From Phoronis australis (lineage: Eukaryota; Animalia; Phoronida), in assembly GCA_002633005.1 (NCBI GenBank), contig NMRA01000217.1, forward strand, positions 1-64,000: a DNA stretch of 64,000 nucleotides. Direction: 5' to 3'. This document shows, in pieces, positions 1 through 14,162 of this stretch; within the stretch, counting starts at the first letter, position 1, and every line of letters begins with the position of its first letter. Below the pieces are notes generated by a model that was not told where the DNA came from, made no database searches, and was given only the letters and a program-made list of their open reading frames with translations. The translations under genes and the position numbers were made by a program.

Positions 1-949
1 GCCCTGTCTGCAACGATAAAGGAAAGAGGTCAAGAGGTCACAATGGTAAATGAAGGAGGACAAGATTTCAAATAAGGGACACAGAATGGAGCATTTTAGA
101 CCAGTTAAGGGAAATGAGATATCATGTATATTATAGGCATTTTCAAAAGCGCACAACACTTTTCAAAACAAACCAAGCAGACGTCCACAGAGCTCTGCCA
201 CACTCTCGCTACATTTTGATAAACATTTTGCCCTAATTATTTGACAGTTTAGCCGAACTTTGTCGCAACAAAATAACCTTTTTGTTGAACTTTCATCAGA
301 TATTATTGCGCCTTGGTGTTAATCGGTTATTTATGTAATCAACTTTTCACGTAAGTTTTCACGTTATCCGCAGCATGATTGGAGCAACAACTGTCGAGAT
401 TTTGTCAAGATTTAGCCAGAATGAAATGGGTTCCAGTAAAAAAACAATGGATATTTCGCCGTGATATTGTGAACTGAAACTTTACCCAGAGTTTGAAAAC
501 TACTGTACTCACAGAGGACGAAATTAATCCGAAGTTAACAGAAGTTTACTAGGTGGCTTTTTTATATTAAGCGCAGGTGATTTAAAAAAACAAAGTCTAT
601 CAAAGGTTGCTGCAAAAATAACAGGTTGAATACGAAACATCCTACACACAACTCTTTGGCATTGTAAGAGCAAAAAACGTGTTTCCCTTCACACACTTTC
701 AAACTCTGGTGACCGAGACCGACCAAGTTGACAGGGATGTTGGAATTTCTGTGTGAATTGTTTCAATATGCCACGACACGACAGTGGCAATATGAGAGAA
801 AGATGGTCACAAAAAATTTATAAAAAACCACTGGAAAATTTCCAACTGCATGAAATCAACATAAGAATGCAGAACTACACTATCGCCACCTAGCAACAAG
901 ACCTATTTCATAATGCCACCGCTATATTGGAGAATGACAGTTGACTTAC

Positions 950-3900
950 CTGGTAGCCCAATGTAGAGGAGTAGAATTTAAATCCCCACCAAACTGATCA
1001 ACAATGGCACCTTTAGATATATAATACCTGGAAAAATCAAATGAGTACATGGTTTCCAGGACATCACATAATGGAGAGTGGTTAGCATGAAATGTAGGAC
1101 CAAGTTCCTTGTTCCAACAAAGCCGTCCTCAGATGTTCAGCATGTCACTCACATTTCTTGAATGGCGACAAAAATATAACACTGGGCAATACACAACTGA
1201 ATGTCAACAACTGCAAGAGTGACGTCAAGTGTTGAATGCTTCCACCACTGCAACACACACGGTATGCTTCTAATTAGTACCGTGCAATATACATAATTAA
1301 ACTAATTTAATGAAAGTAGGAAATCAACTGGTGGTGCCGCATCCCAGCCATACACCTCATAGTTCAAGTCAGTCAAAAAATCTGTCAAGCCATTTTTTAA
1401 ATTAAAAGGACAACATATATCCTGTAAATGACTAATGTGGCCAGCAGGGGGTGCCACAGTACAGGGCCCCAATCCCCTCTAAAAATATTGAAAAATCCTG
1501 CAAAATTTCCCCGATGATGTCCAGTAATTCCCCTCAAGTGACTGAAAAATTCCCCACGAGGTTCCAGTCACTTGTAACTCACACAGGTGACAATTTGAAA
1601 CCGCACAAAATGTTAGTTCTGGCTACTTGAAGTAGAGCCCATCAGGGCTCACAACAGAATGGGGGTGCTATTAATGGTGATTGAGAGGTAGAATTTCCCC
1701 TCACCCCCAAATATTTCCCTCCCAGAAGGCAGAGGCACCTTTCCCCTTGGATGAACGAGGGCCTTGCGGTAGTACAAGACATCTGATTATCAACAGTCAC
1801 TAGCACATCCCAGCCAAAAATCCTTATGTCAAGTTTCAACAAAATCCGTCAAAATGTTTCCAGAAAGCAAAAAAGCAATATCTTGTCAAAAACTACAAGA
1901 TTCACACGGAGCTTTGCTATGTACCACAGCAGTTGAATGTGTTCAAAAATCGACTGGTGTCCGTGCATACTCGCCAAATAACTGTGAGTCAAATTTTTAT
2001 TTTCCCAGGGTAACCACAACCGTAAGCTATTAAGTCAGCAGACAGAAGTACATCTTAAGCAATCCCACACATTTCTTCTAATTAAATCCTGCCCTGTTGC
2101 ATATCGAAACTGGAACAAGGTTTACTTGACTAGCTCTGTTCTGTTGTTAATGGCCGCCCAGTGAAGTAGATACACATTTTCTCTGTCTGGTTTATTGACT
2201 GGATAGCCACCTTCTATCAACTCCCTACATCTGTCAAAGACACCGAACTGAGTCGCTTTGACAATGCCAAACTTGCTCATTTCTTCCTCGGTGGGCTGAG
2301 GGGGAGGAGCTTTCGCCGGTGGGGGTGCTGCCATTTGGGTGGCATTGTACTGTACAGGGTATGGCTTGTAACCGTCATCCTGAAAATCAGAGTACACTTG
2401 TGGTGACAATTTATTTACTATAAACAATACCTGGTATTTCCAAAAGAGCTCCCATGTTACAAAATCACTATGGTTCTAAATTGTTTTTCTGTGAAATTTC
2501 TCATACTGTCGCATTTTATAGGCCCTTTCCCATATAGTTAACTTCGCTGTTATCGAAGCTTCAATGTTAACTGTGGTTGACTGCAAAGTCAGTGTTCCCA
2601 TCAGCTTCAGAGTAAAACTGTTATTGTTCAGTTCAGTTATCGCAAGGCGGCGCTAAAGTGACATTTGGTCATGTGGCCTTGCTCTTTTTGACAGTGCTTG
2701 CCATCAAAATGGCAAGGACCTCTTCCTCTCCCCAGATGGAAACTAGATTGTCATACTCACAATGCAGCCAATGGTTGCCACGTTGGGACGATGACAACAT
2801 ATTAAACAAGAGCAACGAGGAGTATTGAAATGCGCCCACAAATGCATCGCAAATGGTGTGCTTTTAGGGGTTTTGTTTGTATCATCGACATGGCCATTAG
2901 ATGGCACAAAATATGTCAAATCCGTTTGAAAACCAGGAAATGTCACCATTTCTTAAAACAAAGCTATTTACCAAATTTCACTAAAATTCGTCGAGGAACT
3001 TCAGAGAAACAGAGGAAAACAAAAAAATTAAACTGCCACAAGGGGGACACAGTGTTCGTCAGATGCGTCTAAAAGTTAACGTCTTCTCATGTTAACTTCA
3101 TATAAATACACATGCTAAATTCAATAAAGATCCTGCGGAGGGCTTAGGAGAAACAGGTATGGGTGCAAAAAAAAAAAAAAAACGCCACTAGGAGGCACCA
3201 CAGTACTCTAAGTCATCGGAAAATCATCATCAACTGTCCCCTTCATAGAAAGAACATACATGCCAACTTTCACAATCATCCTTAGAGTGGTTTGGTTGGC
3301 AGAGGGACAGACGCCAAAAACAGACTCGAAAACAACAAAAATGGCCACTAGATGGCGCAAACTACGAATCCATCCGAAAACAAGATGATAGTGTCATCTC
3401 ACTAATAGATGACTATGTGCCATATTTTATGGAAATCCGTTGAGGACCTTTGAAGATACAGAGGTAAATGTAAGAAACTAAAACTGCCACTAGGGGGTAC
3501 ACCAGTACACTGATCATCTGTTCGAAAGTCGTCGACATCCGTTGTCAACATCATACAAATACATTTGCTAAACTTGATAAAGATCCTGTAGAATGTTTAG
3601 GAGATACAGCCATAGGCGCAAAATCAAACAAAACTGCCACTAGGAGGCGCATCTGTAGCCAAAGTTGTCAGAAAATCATCGTCAACTGTCTTCCTCATAG
3701 TAAGAACACACATGCCAATTTTCATAATCATCATTAAAGTGGTTTGGTTGTTAGATGGGCAGACGCCAAAAAAATACCTCCAAAACAGTAAAAACAGCCA
3801 CTAGATGGCGCAAAATGCCTCGAATCCATCCAAAAACGAGAGGGTAGCGTCAACTCATTAAAAGATTCCTATGTACCAAATTTCACAAAAATCGTTTCGG

Positions 3901-5646
3901 GACCTTTGAAGCAGTGGCAGATCTAGGATATCACAAGGGGTGGCCAACATTTTTTCTGTGAACATTTGCGCAACACACGGTTGTAGATGCGCATAGCACT
4001 GAATGTGAGTGCATAAAATTTACATATCAAAAAACTTAGCTCTTCATCACGCTAAAAACTGATCCAAACAAAGGTGGCGGGAACTTGTTTTGTGCACGCT
4101 ACACATTCAGTGAATTTTTTAAGTAAAGTATTCAGCAAGTACGTGGATAAATTGGAACAGAATGCTTATAACGCTTAAATCATAATTATTAGAACAAAAT
4201 ATTAAGAAATTGTAACCAGTCATGCCTGCTGTTAGCAAACGCATGCAATGACCCTGCTGATGACATCGAAGTTTTAAAGTGTTCACAGTGTCAACGCTTC
4301 CCTGCTAAATCCATTTGTTTACTTTGGAGTTAACTTATGCTGTCAACTTCAATTCAAGACCAAAGTTAAGTGTTCCCAGTGACCAAAACTTCAGCTACAC
4401 CGAAACTTTGGAGCCAGTGAGAAAGGCCTTATGTTTGCCTTGTGCACTAGATGGAGTGATCGACAACTAACAGATCAGCTCTTAAACAATGGTTTGCATT
4501 TACTCATAATTTTTGGCGTAACCTTATACTGTTTCCTATTCAAAAAGATGCACGCACAATGCTTTCAATCACTACCAAAGTCATCACATAACGTTTTTGC
4601 TTTGGTTAAAAATCATTTACTTTTTAACTTCAGTCACAAGGTCAGGCACAAACTCAAAATTCATTCAGCAATTCAGATATGCACCAGCTGCTCTACAACT
4701 TTCAGGGGTAAACCAGGAACAACACATGATAACTGTGGAGTACCTTTACTCCTTCCCAGTTCTTTCAATGTTCAGTTAATTATTTGGGAAGTGACTCCAA
4801 GCTGAAACTGCTTGGAAGGGGACAATTATTGCACTACTGGCAGTCGCTCACAGTACGAGTAAGTTTGACCAGTAATCTAGTTAAATCTGGAACCGCTTCC
4901 TTGACTGGTACTAATTCAAATATTCACCTACTTTATGAAAGACAGCCAGGTAATTGTTAACAATGTTGTGAAACGTGCTTCCGGTGAATCATATATGAAT
5001 CTCTGTTAGGCACTCGCTAACGGGCAATTGCCTATTAGCTGAATGGTTAGCACGCTCGCCAGTTAAATCGGGGACGCTGTCGCTGGTTCGATTCCTGGCT
5101 ATTACGACAGCAAACTGTACACAGCACATGGCTGGCACAGCCACAAACCTGCAAGCATGACAAGCACAAGTCGAAGGGGTCCCCGATTTTCAGAATCACA
5201 GAAGAACAACAGCCCTCGACGCTATGATAGGCTATGTCTATGAAAATCGCCAGCCCACAGGCACAGTATGCGACCTAGCCAAAATTCCAGGTCGCATTTC
5301 CAAAATCTAGCTCACATTCACAAATTCCAGGTCGCAAAATTTCCTTGCCATTTTGAAGTGCCTCCTAAGGGTCCCTCTGTGCGCAAAACCTACTTATAGC
5401 AACGTGACTTTTTAGTTTAGTCAGTGTTAAGTTTTATGGTTTAATCTGAGGAGAGGCATAATTCTTTTGAGCGCTGAACGTGCACGTTATTCGATGATTA
5501 CCTGGTTCTTAAAATCAGGGACCCTTATATTCTACCATTTTCATTTTTAAGTTTTTGAACCAACGGCTTCACTAATTTCAGCCTCGACAAACCTGAGGTA
5601 AAAGAGGGTCGATTGGATTGCAAGTCGGATCAACTTCAGACGCCAT
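950..5646 (-). CDS. ZDHHC17: Palmitoyltransferase ZDHHC17 (HIP14)-like, N-terminal ankyrin-repeat part; 5' exons join(5646-5593, 2379-2126, 1027-950); gene continues beyond the left edge of the window
   Basis: Spliced translation [18 protein letters not shown]|DDGYKPY...[47 protein letters not shown]|[26 protein letters not shown] matches the HIP14 ankyrin repeats. All junctions are GT-AG with compatible phases (0, 2, 2). Exon 1 is assigned from ATG context, donor site and phase only. The paralogue ZDHHC13 cannot be strictly excluded. Confidence 0.9.
1462..1766. mobile_element. Non-autonomous DNA transposon (MITE, CAGGG...CCYTG ends, hAT-like); related copies at 9556-9886 (inverted) and 34477-34797
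   Basis: Ends are cagggccc / gggccttg. The interior 1620-1766 aligns by eye to the reverse complement of 9556-9710. No clear TSD. Confidence 0.55.
3030..3910 (+). repeat. Degenerate tandem repeat: ~150-bp subunits in two ~452-bp higher-order units, each subunit carrying a CCACTAGRKGGCRC-like motif
   Basis: Motif starts at 3036, 3185, 3345, 3487, 3637 and 3798. Flanking text is repeated (e.g. aaagatcctg, gaaaatcatcrtcaactgtc, gtggtttggttg, gaatccatcc, ggacctttgaag). Confidence 0.8.
5029..5245 (+). mobile_element. tRNA-derived SINE-like element (Pol III A and B boxes) in ZDHHC17 intron 1
   Basis: A box TAGCTGAATGG (~5036) and B box GGTTCGATTCC (~5085) at tRNA-like spacing, but no acceptor stem. 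The downstream gtccccgattt is complementary to aaatcggggac in the head. The 3' boundary is approximate. Confidence 0.5.
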
Positions 5647-8600
5647 GTTTGTTTCCTTGTATTTGTACTGACGCTACGAATGTGTTTTTAAACGCAACAT
5701 TTTGCTTTATAGGTATTTAAAATAATTGAAAAGCTTTATAAACATAAAAAACCCATTTCTGTATATATTAAGCATAGGAAAACATCTATTTATTTCCAAA
5801 TATATTTTATGGAAATGTAAGCAAAATGTAAGTTTCTGGTACCCGAGGTAATCTACCTCGGAAACCAGAGCACCTGTAAGAACGACCTCTTGCGGACTGA
5901 AATGTATAATAAATAAGATTTTCTGTAATTTTGTGAATGGAGAGAAGAGTGTGAGCAATATCTATTATACAAAGTTCCTCCTGTTTTTCTTGCATCCATG
6001 TCGGACAACATTGAGAGCAGCCTACGAAAAGATGTATTTTAGACCTTAATTATTCCCACGATGTCGCCACTTTTACCTTTTAACTTTTAAAGCATTCCAC
6101 TTTAACTGGCGCCTTCTTCGCCATCTGGTCACGACCAACCTTTGGTGGTCTACTGAACATGAAAAGCGCAATCATATGCGACTCCAGCAAGACAATTATC
6201 GGTCTTACGTCAGAAAAGAGGTTACTGTTACATGGGCTCACCGGGATAGACTTCAGTTGCGTTTTGGTACTTAATTACAAAATCGCCAAGTCTCACCGTT
6301 GTCTACTGGCGGCTGGGCTTCAATCGTCCTGTTTTTCTTTTTCCTGATCTTTCTTGCTGTTGTCCCGACCCAAGTTTTCTTCAGTCATATTTATCCCTTT
6401 CATATCTATTATTCTTCATCTCCTCCTGTTCGTTGAATTGACACTGGGAGATCGAGGAAATCTCGGGGGGACACAATTTTCTAAGGAAAATATCTGCGTA
6501 AGTTCTAAAACGGTTTACTGGCTGTGTTTATTTATTTTTCTTCTGTTTCTTATTTTTGATTTTTAGGTCAAAGGTGTGGCTAGCCCCCTGCCTCCTAATA
6601 ATAGTGTGACGGGAGCGCCGTCTATTGATGGAGCCGCGAGTGAGGACGAGTCGTCAGTTTAGTTCCAGAAGCTAGAGCATGTTATTATATTTTAAAGGGG
6701 TGTATGATGGTCAATTCCTTCTATGGAACTTCCGATGACGAAATTTTTAGTTCTATTTTGATTGGTTTTCACATTTATCTTGAGACCTCTATTTTAGCGT
6801 AATTTGGAACATTCGCGGTGCGAATAAGCCTATAAAAATGGCCCCTCACGCTAAAACTTCGGATTCTGCCGGGTCTCGACTCTATCCGCAAGAATCTCAA
6901 CCAAGCAAAATAACTGTTTGGGCCTTTTAAATTTGGACTTTGACGTTTTCAGCGAATTCTTCTTGTTTATAAATTATTTGGGTTAAAAGTTAAAAGCTGC
7001 GATGTCGACGGAAGCTTGTTTTCAGAATTTTACGAGGAATTCGTTGATGAATCTTTTACATGTCATTGAAAAAGGCGAAAATACAAACGCGCGAGTCATA
7101 TTTCTTCAGGCAGCCCTTAGCGGCTTCACGGGCAATAAAATGTAATCGACCGAATAGATTCGTCGACCACAGATCTACCCTGTGGTTTTCCCGCTTGATC
7201 CCAGACCGCCCCCAGTTGCTCCAGCAGCCAACTCGGGGCGGGTCCCTCACTAGGGTTTAGCGTTATGAGTTTGTAGATTTGTGTTTCATATATATTGCAT
7301 AATAAAATTCAGTATATTTATCTTCTCTCTTGTTTCACTCTCTATAAGTTGTCACCATGGTTCGCTCGTATGCGATTCGAAAGAGTGAAAAAGTACACAA
7401 CGCTACAAATATTTTTATCGGCTACGAACAGTCAACATTTTAGAAACTAAGTAGATCGGTGCTGGTCGCTCCACCGATTCCCGTTACAATAGATACGTTT
7501 ATTAACTTATATAAAAATTAGTGAAATACAATAAAAAAAACAGTCGGAGAACTTCAAAAAAATACAGTTGGAGATCTTCAAAGGCAAAAACCGGTTTCTT
7601 GAGAGCCACCGTGTAACACAAAAGAATACCACATACATGTAACACAAGTAAGAAAATAAACGAAAGGGTGCTACATATATTTACCCAATACAGAATACAA
7701 CATGGTTTAATAAGCAAATCTTAATGTGTAAAGGGTTACTACATTTGTATATATGTTTGCGTGTGCGTGTGCCTAGTAGTGCAAAAATGAGTAGTGTTTC
7801 TGTGTAACAATGCAATTTGTATATGGTTATTCACGATGGACATAGTTGCAGGAAAAGCAGATTGATTCATTTGTAGTTTTTTCATGACTGATCAATGCAG
7901 ACTCCAAAATCTTTAACCGATGTGTGTCATCTTCAACATAGCGAATGGCGGTATTGCCTACTATTTCTTTCCTAGTAGAGATTTTTCGGCCATGCTGACG
8001 CAGGAATCATCTTGAATGGACCATGCATTTCCAGGGCGGGTCCATTCAAAGTTATTTTGACACACATGGCAGAAAATGTCCAGGAAAGAAATAGTTGTGT
8101 TGAATGAGCAAGTCACAGGTGTGAATCGCACGTGCTATGTTCCGTTAGACTTGCGGGCTCCAAAAATGCCCCTCTTCCCGCTGTCACCGTTGATTTTGTT
8201 GTATTTGCTTCATTAAGCAGCCAACAAAAACACCGTGAGTTCCGGTACAGAACTTTATTTCGAAACTGAACTGCTAGCGACCTCTATAGGTCAAGATATA
8301 CAACAGATTTCACTGTTTATTTCTCTCCATTCATTTCACCTGTCGTCTGATGATGAGACACGTGGTCTCTAAATATAGCAACTATTTTAACTTGTTTGTC
8401 AGTTGTCTCGTCGTGTTTTGCTTCATAACTGCACGCCCGAATATAGGAGATTGTATAGAAACTACGAGCGAGTATATATAACCTGTCTAACAAAAATTAC
8501 CGACATTGCCTTCAACCAAAAAATGTGAAAAAAATAAACAGTGAGGTGAAGTGATTAATTTGTAAATTAATGGAGCCTTGTGCACATGATTGTAGTTGCG

Positions 8601-9428
8601 ACAAGTAAAAATAGTTTCCCAATTGGTCCGGCGAACGAGAATTTCTAATTGGTCTGTTGTTTCGGCTGTGATATCAAATGAACTTATTTTGAAAGTAATG
8701 CGTAAATTGGTTGGGTATAAACTCGTAATATAAGCAGGTTATATTAAGAGTGTCTTCAAGCTGAATGACTTCAAACTTGCATGATATTGGATTTGTAAAG
8801 TGTAAAGTAGACTTGGTGATTATTCTTCAGGCTCTTTTCTGAAGGAATTATAGCTTGCTCGCAGTTTTAAATACCCATGCATATTGAGATGCCAAAATCG
8901 AATTAAGTGCGCGCAAGAGTAGTAAAACGTTTTCAGTAAGAAAAAATTACGTATATATTCCTTGAGTTTATTTATTACGCCACACGTCTGTGCAGAGTTT
9001 GTTCTCACCAGATAAAGGAGAGTACCATCCGATTTAATCAGTTTTTGTTACCGTCTTAATCATTCTATATCCACATTACTTCGTATACAGGCGATCTCAC
9101 CTCGCCGAAAAGTGTCGCGTTAACCTGTGAGGAAGGTGAGTACATGACGCAGCGACGTCAGTGGCTCTTCAGCTGGAGTATGTGCCGCTATCATGATGTT
9201 TGGCGTACGGCTCCCGCTTGTGTGAACCATAAAGCTGCCAGGAAAGCGAGTATATCGTTTTATTTGAATGAATCATACTGCGTTACCGGCTTCAGATGCA
9301 GTAAAAGTGATTGACCACCGCGTACGCTAATTCAGTCAGTGTTAGCTGACAGAAAGCTGTTGTGAAACTAGAACTCGATTTCACATGTTATGGTCAGATC
9401 GATGTTAGGGTAATCTTTGTTTAGACTC

Positions 9429-9468
9429 ACACACACGCACACACACGCACACACACACACACGCACAC

Positions 9469-9520
<52 letters not shown>
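9429..9520. repeat. (CA)n microsatellite
   Basis: Directly visible. Confidence 0.97.
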
Positions 9521-9522
<2 letters not shown>

Positions 9523-9555
9523 AGTTAACTGGACAAATAGTTATCATGTTTCTCC

Positions 9556-9886
9556 AGGAGCCTCGTTCATCCGAGGGCAAAGGGGTCAGAGCCTACTGAG
9601 AGGTGATTTTTTCCTCTGAGTGAGGGGAACAATCTACCTCCCGATCACCATCAATAGCACCCCCGCCCTGTTGCAAGCTCTCATAGGCTCTGTCTCAATT
9701 TAAAGTAGCCTTTTTTGCTCTTAAAAAGTGTCACCTGTGTGGTTACAGGTGATGTGAACTCCGAGAGAATTTTTCACTAGGGGTTTTTGTCTATGCCTCG
9801 TGGGAGGAATTTCGCGTGATATTTCAATATTTTTGAGAGGGAATAGGGCCGATATTGAGCCCCATTTTCGAGGGATTGAGGGCCCT
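9556..9886. mobile_element. MITE, same family as 1462-1766, opposite orientation
   Basis: Reverse-complement similarity to 1620-1766; ends caggagcc / gggccctg. Confidence 0.55.
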
Positions 9887-11373
9887 GTCCTTTTTGGAAA
9901 GAAAAATTTTCATGTTCCAAACCCCTAGTCATGAAAACACAGCCTGGTTGGCCCATTCTCCGGTCGTTACTATCATGCTTAGCAACCGAGATGCGACAAA
10001 ATATGATCTAACTTTTCGAAAACATTTATAAATTTTACACGGACATATTTTGCTTCGTCGTGGCGTATGGCAACGACCCAACGCTTCCGAATCTCAACGT
10101 CTTTAGGGATTGTAAAGCAGAGAGTTGAGTGTCCGTATTTTTTCTAGCCCGGCGTTCGCTGAGCAACGCGGACTGAAATACAACTATGCCGATAAGCTAA
10201 CAGAGCTATCGTAGCGAGCCTCGTTTTGGAACACGCCTCCTGTCGGCGTGAACTGAGTCTATAAATTGATACCAAATACTTTGTTTTTGGTGGCATTCTC
10301 TGTTCAGACCAGGATGAAGGGTCGTTAAAAGTTATTCCCAAAATCTTAAATGTTTTAAGAAAGTTAAGTTTTTAGTGTTTACAGTAAGCATAGCTTTTAA
10401 ATTTTGAGTTATGTTTTTCTGAGGGAAGTGGAATACTATGTTTTTGTTTTTGGTGACAAATAACAACAAACTGTAATAACCATCATATCTGATAGCTTAT
10501 TATTAATTTCAATTTCGTTGTTTGTTGGTTTTGTAGACGAAGGTGTGTATATGAGTCAGGTATCATCACCATACACGAGGGTCTCAAGAAAAGTGGATTT
10601 GTGTAGGTCACTGACGTAAATATGAAAAAGGAGGGGACTGCAAACAGATCCTTGGGGTACACCTGTGACGATAATGATTTTTGAGAGGATGAATTATCAA
10701 TTAAAATAAAATGTATTGCTGGCGACTGGTTCAATAATTTTTGAAGGATAAATGACCGACTCCTGTGGTAGCGTAAAATGAAAGTTTATGTTGCAAGATC
10801 CCATGGTCTATTGTGTCAAACACACTCAGTAAAAGATCTAAAAGGTGATTGTTGGGTTTATCGCCTTTTCTGGAGGCTCGTTAATTGTATCAGTTAGTTA
10901 GAGTGTTGCAACTTCTGTTGATCTGTTCAACAAGGAATATGTGATTAGCCATCGAAAACTGGGTAGTTGTCGGGAAAAGCTGATGTCGATGCGACCCAGT
11001 GATGGGAAAAGAGGTTGGTGGTGAAAATACCAACATAACTCTATGTTATAATTTTTGTGTAAAGGCGTTTTTAAGGCTACGTTGAGAGCTGCTTCAGCAA
11101 GTTTAATGTGACCTCGCAACATCCGGTTTCACTCAATAGCGTGGGTCTCTTAGTTTATTTCTATCTTTGCGACGCCGCAAAAAATCGCGCCGTCAAATAA
11201 AAGTGTTGTTGAATGTAACTCAGAAGTGTTATTTTGGTGTAACGAACCACTTCGCTCTTATTTTATCTTTGAAGTCATTTTAACTCGCCGAAGCAGTGGT
11301 CAAAACAGGATTACAATAATAACGTGCAATGTGCTCACCGTAACTGTCTCCGCTAATCTGGTAGCTATTCAAT

Positions 11374-11522
11374 CATGGACGGCGCAGCACCGATAATAGT
11401 GGGAGCTTTATGGCCCCCCAGCCCCCTGTGGTGCACCGCTCATAGTCCATGGGCGGCGCAGCACAAAAAGTGGGGCAGCTATAGCCCCACACCCCCCAGC
11501 CCCCTATGGTGCGCCGTCCATG
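11374..11522. mobile_element. Short GC-rich MITE (CATGGRCGGCGCA TIR, two ~75-bp internal units); related copies at 43259-43406 and 52960-53088
   Basis: Perfect TIR CATGGACGGCGCA / TGCGCCGTCCATG; internal dimer of ggcgcagcac...agccccctrtggtgc. Confidence 0.7.
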
Positions 11523-13333
11523 CGCCAGGTGTGGTCGGCTCATTATTGAACCTAAATTCAGTTGCTGCAATTTCCAAAACATGCTTATATCGTGTCACCC
11601 GAAATCTCAACACGCTGGGGTTACTTGGTAGAAATCAGTGCTGAGTTATTTGTGGACACAAGAACCTCGCGAAGGAAGCTAGCCCTTAATAACGTGCTTC
11701 GCTTGTAATACATGTCGCTATCTCGCCTGATCTTACGTTTAGTTCGCTAGGTTCTCGCTTCTACGGAACACAGACAATAGCAAATGGATTTTCCGAAAAT
11801 TACCAGTCGTTTTGATATCCTCAGTGATATAACGGTTCACAAAATCTCGTTTAGTTCCCGATGTTGTATTAATAATTAGTCCAATTTGTAAAATAAACAC
11901 TTGTTAAAAGGAAGTTGCACGGAAATTGTTTTCCTTATGAAATCTTTATGTTCTCATCATATTCTTTGAGGTATTGAAACACATTGACTCAATTGCACGC
12001 TCTTTAAATTTAATCACTCTTAATAAGAATAGTAAAATTGATTGCTAATTTACCAACGTGGACAGCAAGCAGCGTTGTTCCTTCCGTCTTACGGGAACTA
12101 CACAATAAAGAAATTGAAAGCTTAACTTTGATATAAATGAAAATATTTGCATTAGATGAAAGCGCGACTTTTGTTGTCAGCGACTTTCAACATTCATGGA
12201 ACTCTGGTATTTTTAATCATGGTATTTAGATTTTTAGATCGCATGAACCTATAGCCAGCAGTCGTTCGGTGATCTGTGTCCTTATGTCCCTTGTTTTGAC
12301 CATAACTTTCACGCACGTAATAATTAAAAAAATTGCACTGTAAAACAACTCAAGGATTTCACATAAACGCGAACTCGTCTAATTCCGGACTGATATTGGC
12401 GCAGCTTCGCTTGGAGGCGCACACTCAGGCATAAATATGGGTACACTATAGATAAAATATTCGCTAAAACCAAAGAAGAGCCCGGCACCGCTTATAGCTG
12501 GCCTGTGTTTATTGTTAGTTTTACCGAATGTTCCATCTGTCTATCCATCTTCATGTCTTCTGCATGGACATCGTAAAAATGCACCCGAGTATATTTTCAG
12601 TTGTTCTTCCAGTATGCGTATATACCTACATGTATATGGCAATATGACTGTACAGACATTTATATGTGTCTGGGCACACTATGCTATTGATATCTTCATT
12701 CGTCCTTGCAGCTGTCTCTTTTTTCGCCCTGCGTCCGTTCCCTGTTGTTGTTATCTCAAAAACTCTTCGTTGGCGGTTTCGTGGAAGTTTGCTGACATGC
12801 CATCACAAATGGGACGGCACGAGCAAAATGTTCCTCTACAGGTTTTCACGAATTTTGGCAAATAGGTTCTCTTGTTCAGGCCCGTAGCCAGCATTGCGCG
12901 GGGGGTGGTTCGAATTTCTAAAAGAAGGTGGACCTTTTGCAAACGTCGACACTCGAGTTTTTGGTAATGCGCTTGACACAGTTTAATTATGGTGAAGAGA
13001 AATCTGTATTCACGGCAGCTCTCAGCTCTATGTTCCTGAGATAAGACGGAATTTATAACACCAGAAATGAGGATGTCGCGACGGTTGCTTGCAAACAACA
13101 GGAACCAAATTCGGACGAAGTGTGATCCAGCCTAACGTTCTCGCGTTACCTTCTGCCAAACATTCAAATTTGGCTTTTTTAAATGATTGATTAGACCTCA
13201 TTACATACTCGGACAGAAATATTTAGTCCGAAAATGACTGACGTAATTTTTTATCTGATTGTAATTTTGTTAAAAGTTCATTACATCATAGATTATATAG
13301 TCTATGATTACATCGCTGGAAATGGGAACAGCC

Positions 13334-14162
13334 CACTATTCCGAAGGTTCACTTAACCGAAGATTCACTACTTCGAAGGTTCACCACTCCGAAGGTTCAC
13401 TACTCCGAATATGTCTAAAATTTCTGATTGAGGTGTAACTGCAAAAATAAGCTACACTTCGGTCATTGCAACTGTACCGACAATAATACACCCGGCTAAT
13501 AAACCACTTTGTTTGGATTTCACATGCATGTGAAATTGTCCCCATGTCTGAGTAAGTACGTACTTGCATTTTTAAAAGAATATGAAGTGGGATTGTTGAT
13601 GAATTATCAACCACGATACGTTCACCAATCCCATGATAAGATTGCATCATTTCACAGCGCGACAGAAAAGTTTAGTGCAGCTGCGCTTCAACCTCACCCC
13701 GGCACCGGAACTACTCGCACCGCCGGGTCGAAACTAAATGTAGTTCGTAAGCTACCCTGTCCCTGTCAGTCTTCACAAAGTCTCATTCAGACTTCTGAAA
13801 TTTATAACCGTCGTTGGTCGCCGCCTCCCGGAACCGTGTCCCAGATGTTGTCCCTAATTGAGAACGAGCCTTTAGTTAGATTAAAGATTTTATAGTATCT
13901 TTGGTTAGATTCAAGAATCACGGTTGCCAGTGATTGAAGTGAGCTCTTTTATAAACAGTGCAAATCAATCTTTTCGGGACTATTCAACTCTTGCACACCA
14001 TTTAAATGGTTACTAAATGGACAAAAATGCAATACCTTATTCATTTTCAGTTCTGAATCATTAGTAAAAATTAGAGCAATGAACTGTCGTAGTTCTGGTT
14101 TCTGAATTGTGGACATTCGAAGTGGTGAACTTTCGAAGGTAACGAACCATCGTAGTAACGAA
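13334..14162. mobile_element. Foldback/MITE-like element with subterminal ~16-bp tandem repeats (actccgaaggttcact) in inverted orientation at the two ends
   Basis: Tandem units at 13334-13410; degenerate reverse-complement units (ttcgaagtggtgaactttcgaagg...) at 14116-14162. Confidence 0.5.

Noticed and set aside
4431-4805. 124-aa ORF and similar 60-160 aa ORFs in introns and intergenic DNA
   Set aside because: No recognisable domains, splice support or coding-like composition; expected by chance.
5029-5105. Possible tRNA gene
   Set aside because: A and B boxes are present but there is no acceptor stem or clean anticodon arm; treated as a SINE-like head.
7200-7256. Hairpin followed by CTAG, resembling a Helitron 3' end
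   Set aside because: Not followed by T, and no matching 5' TC end or second copy was identified.
8340-8385. Hammerhead-ribozyme-like core (CTGATGA-tgagac...gtctc)
   Set aside because: The required GAAA reads TAAA and no convincing stems I/III were found; at most a dead Penelope-type remnant.
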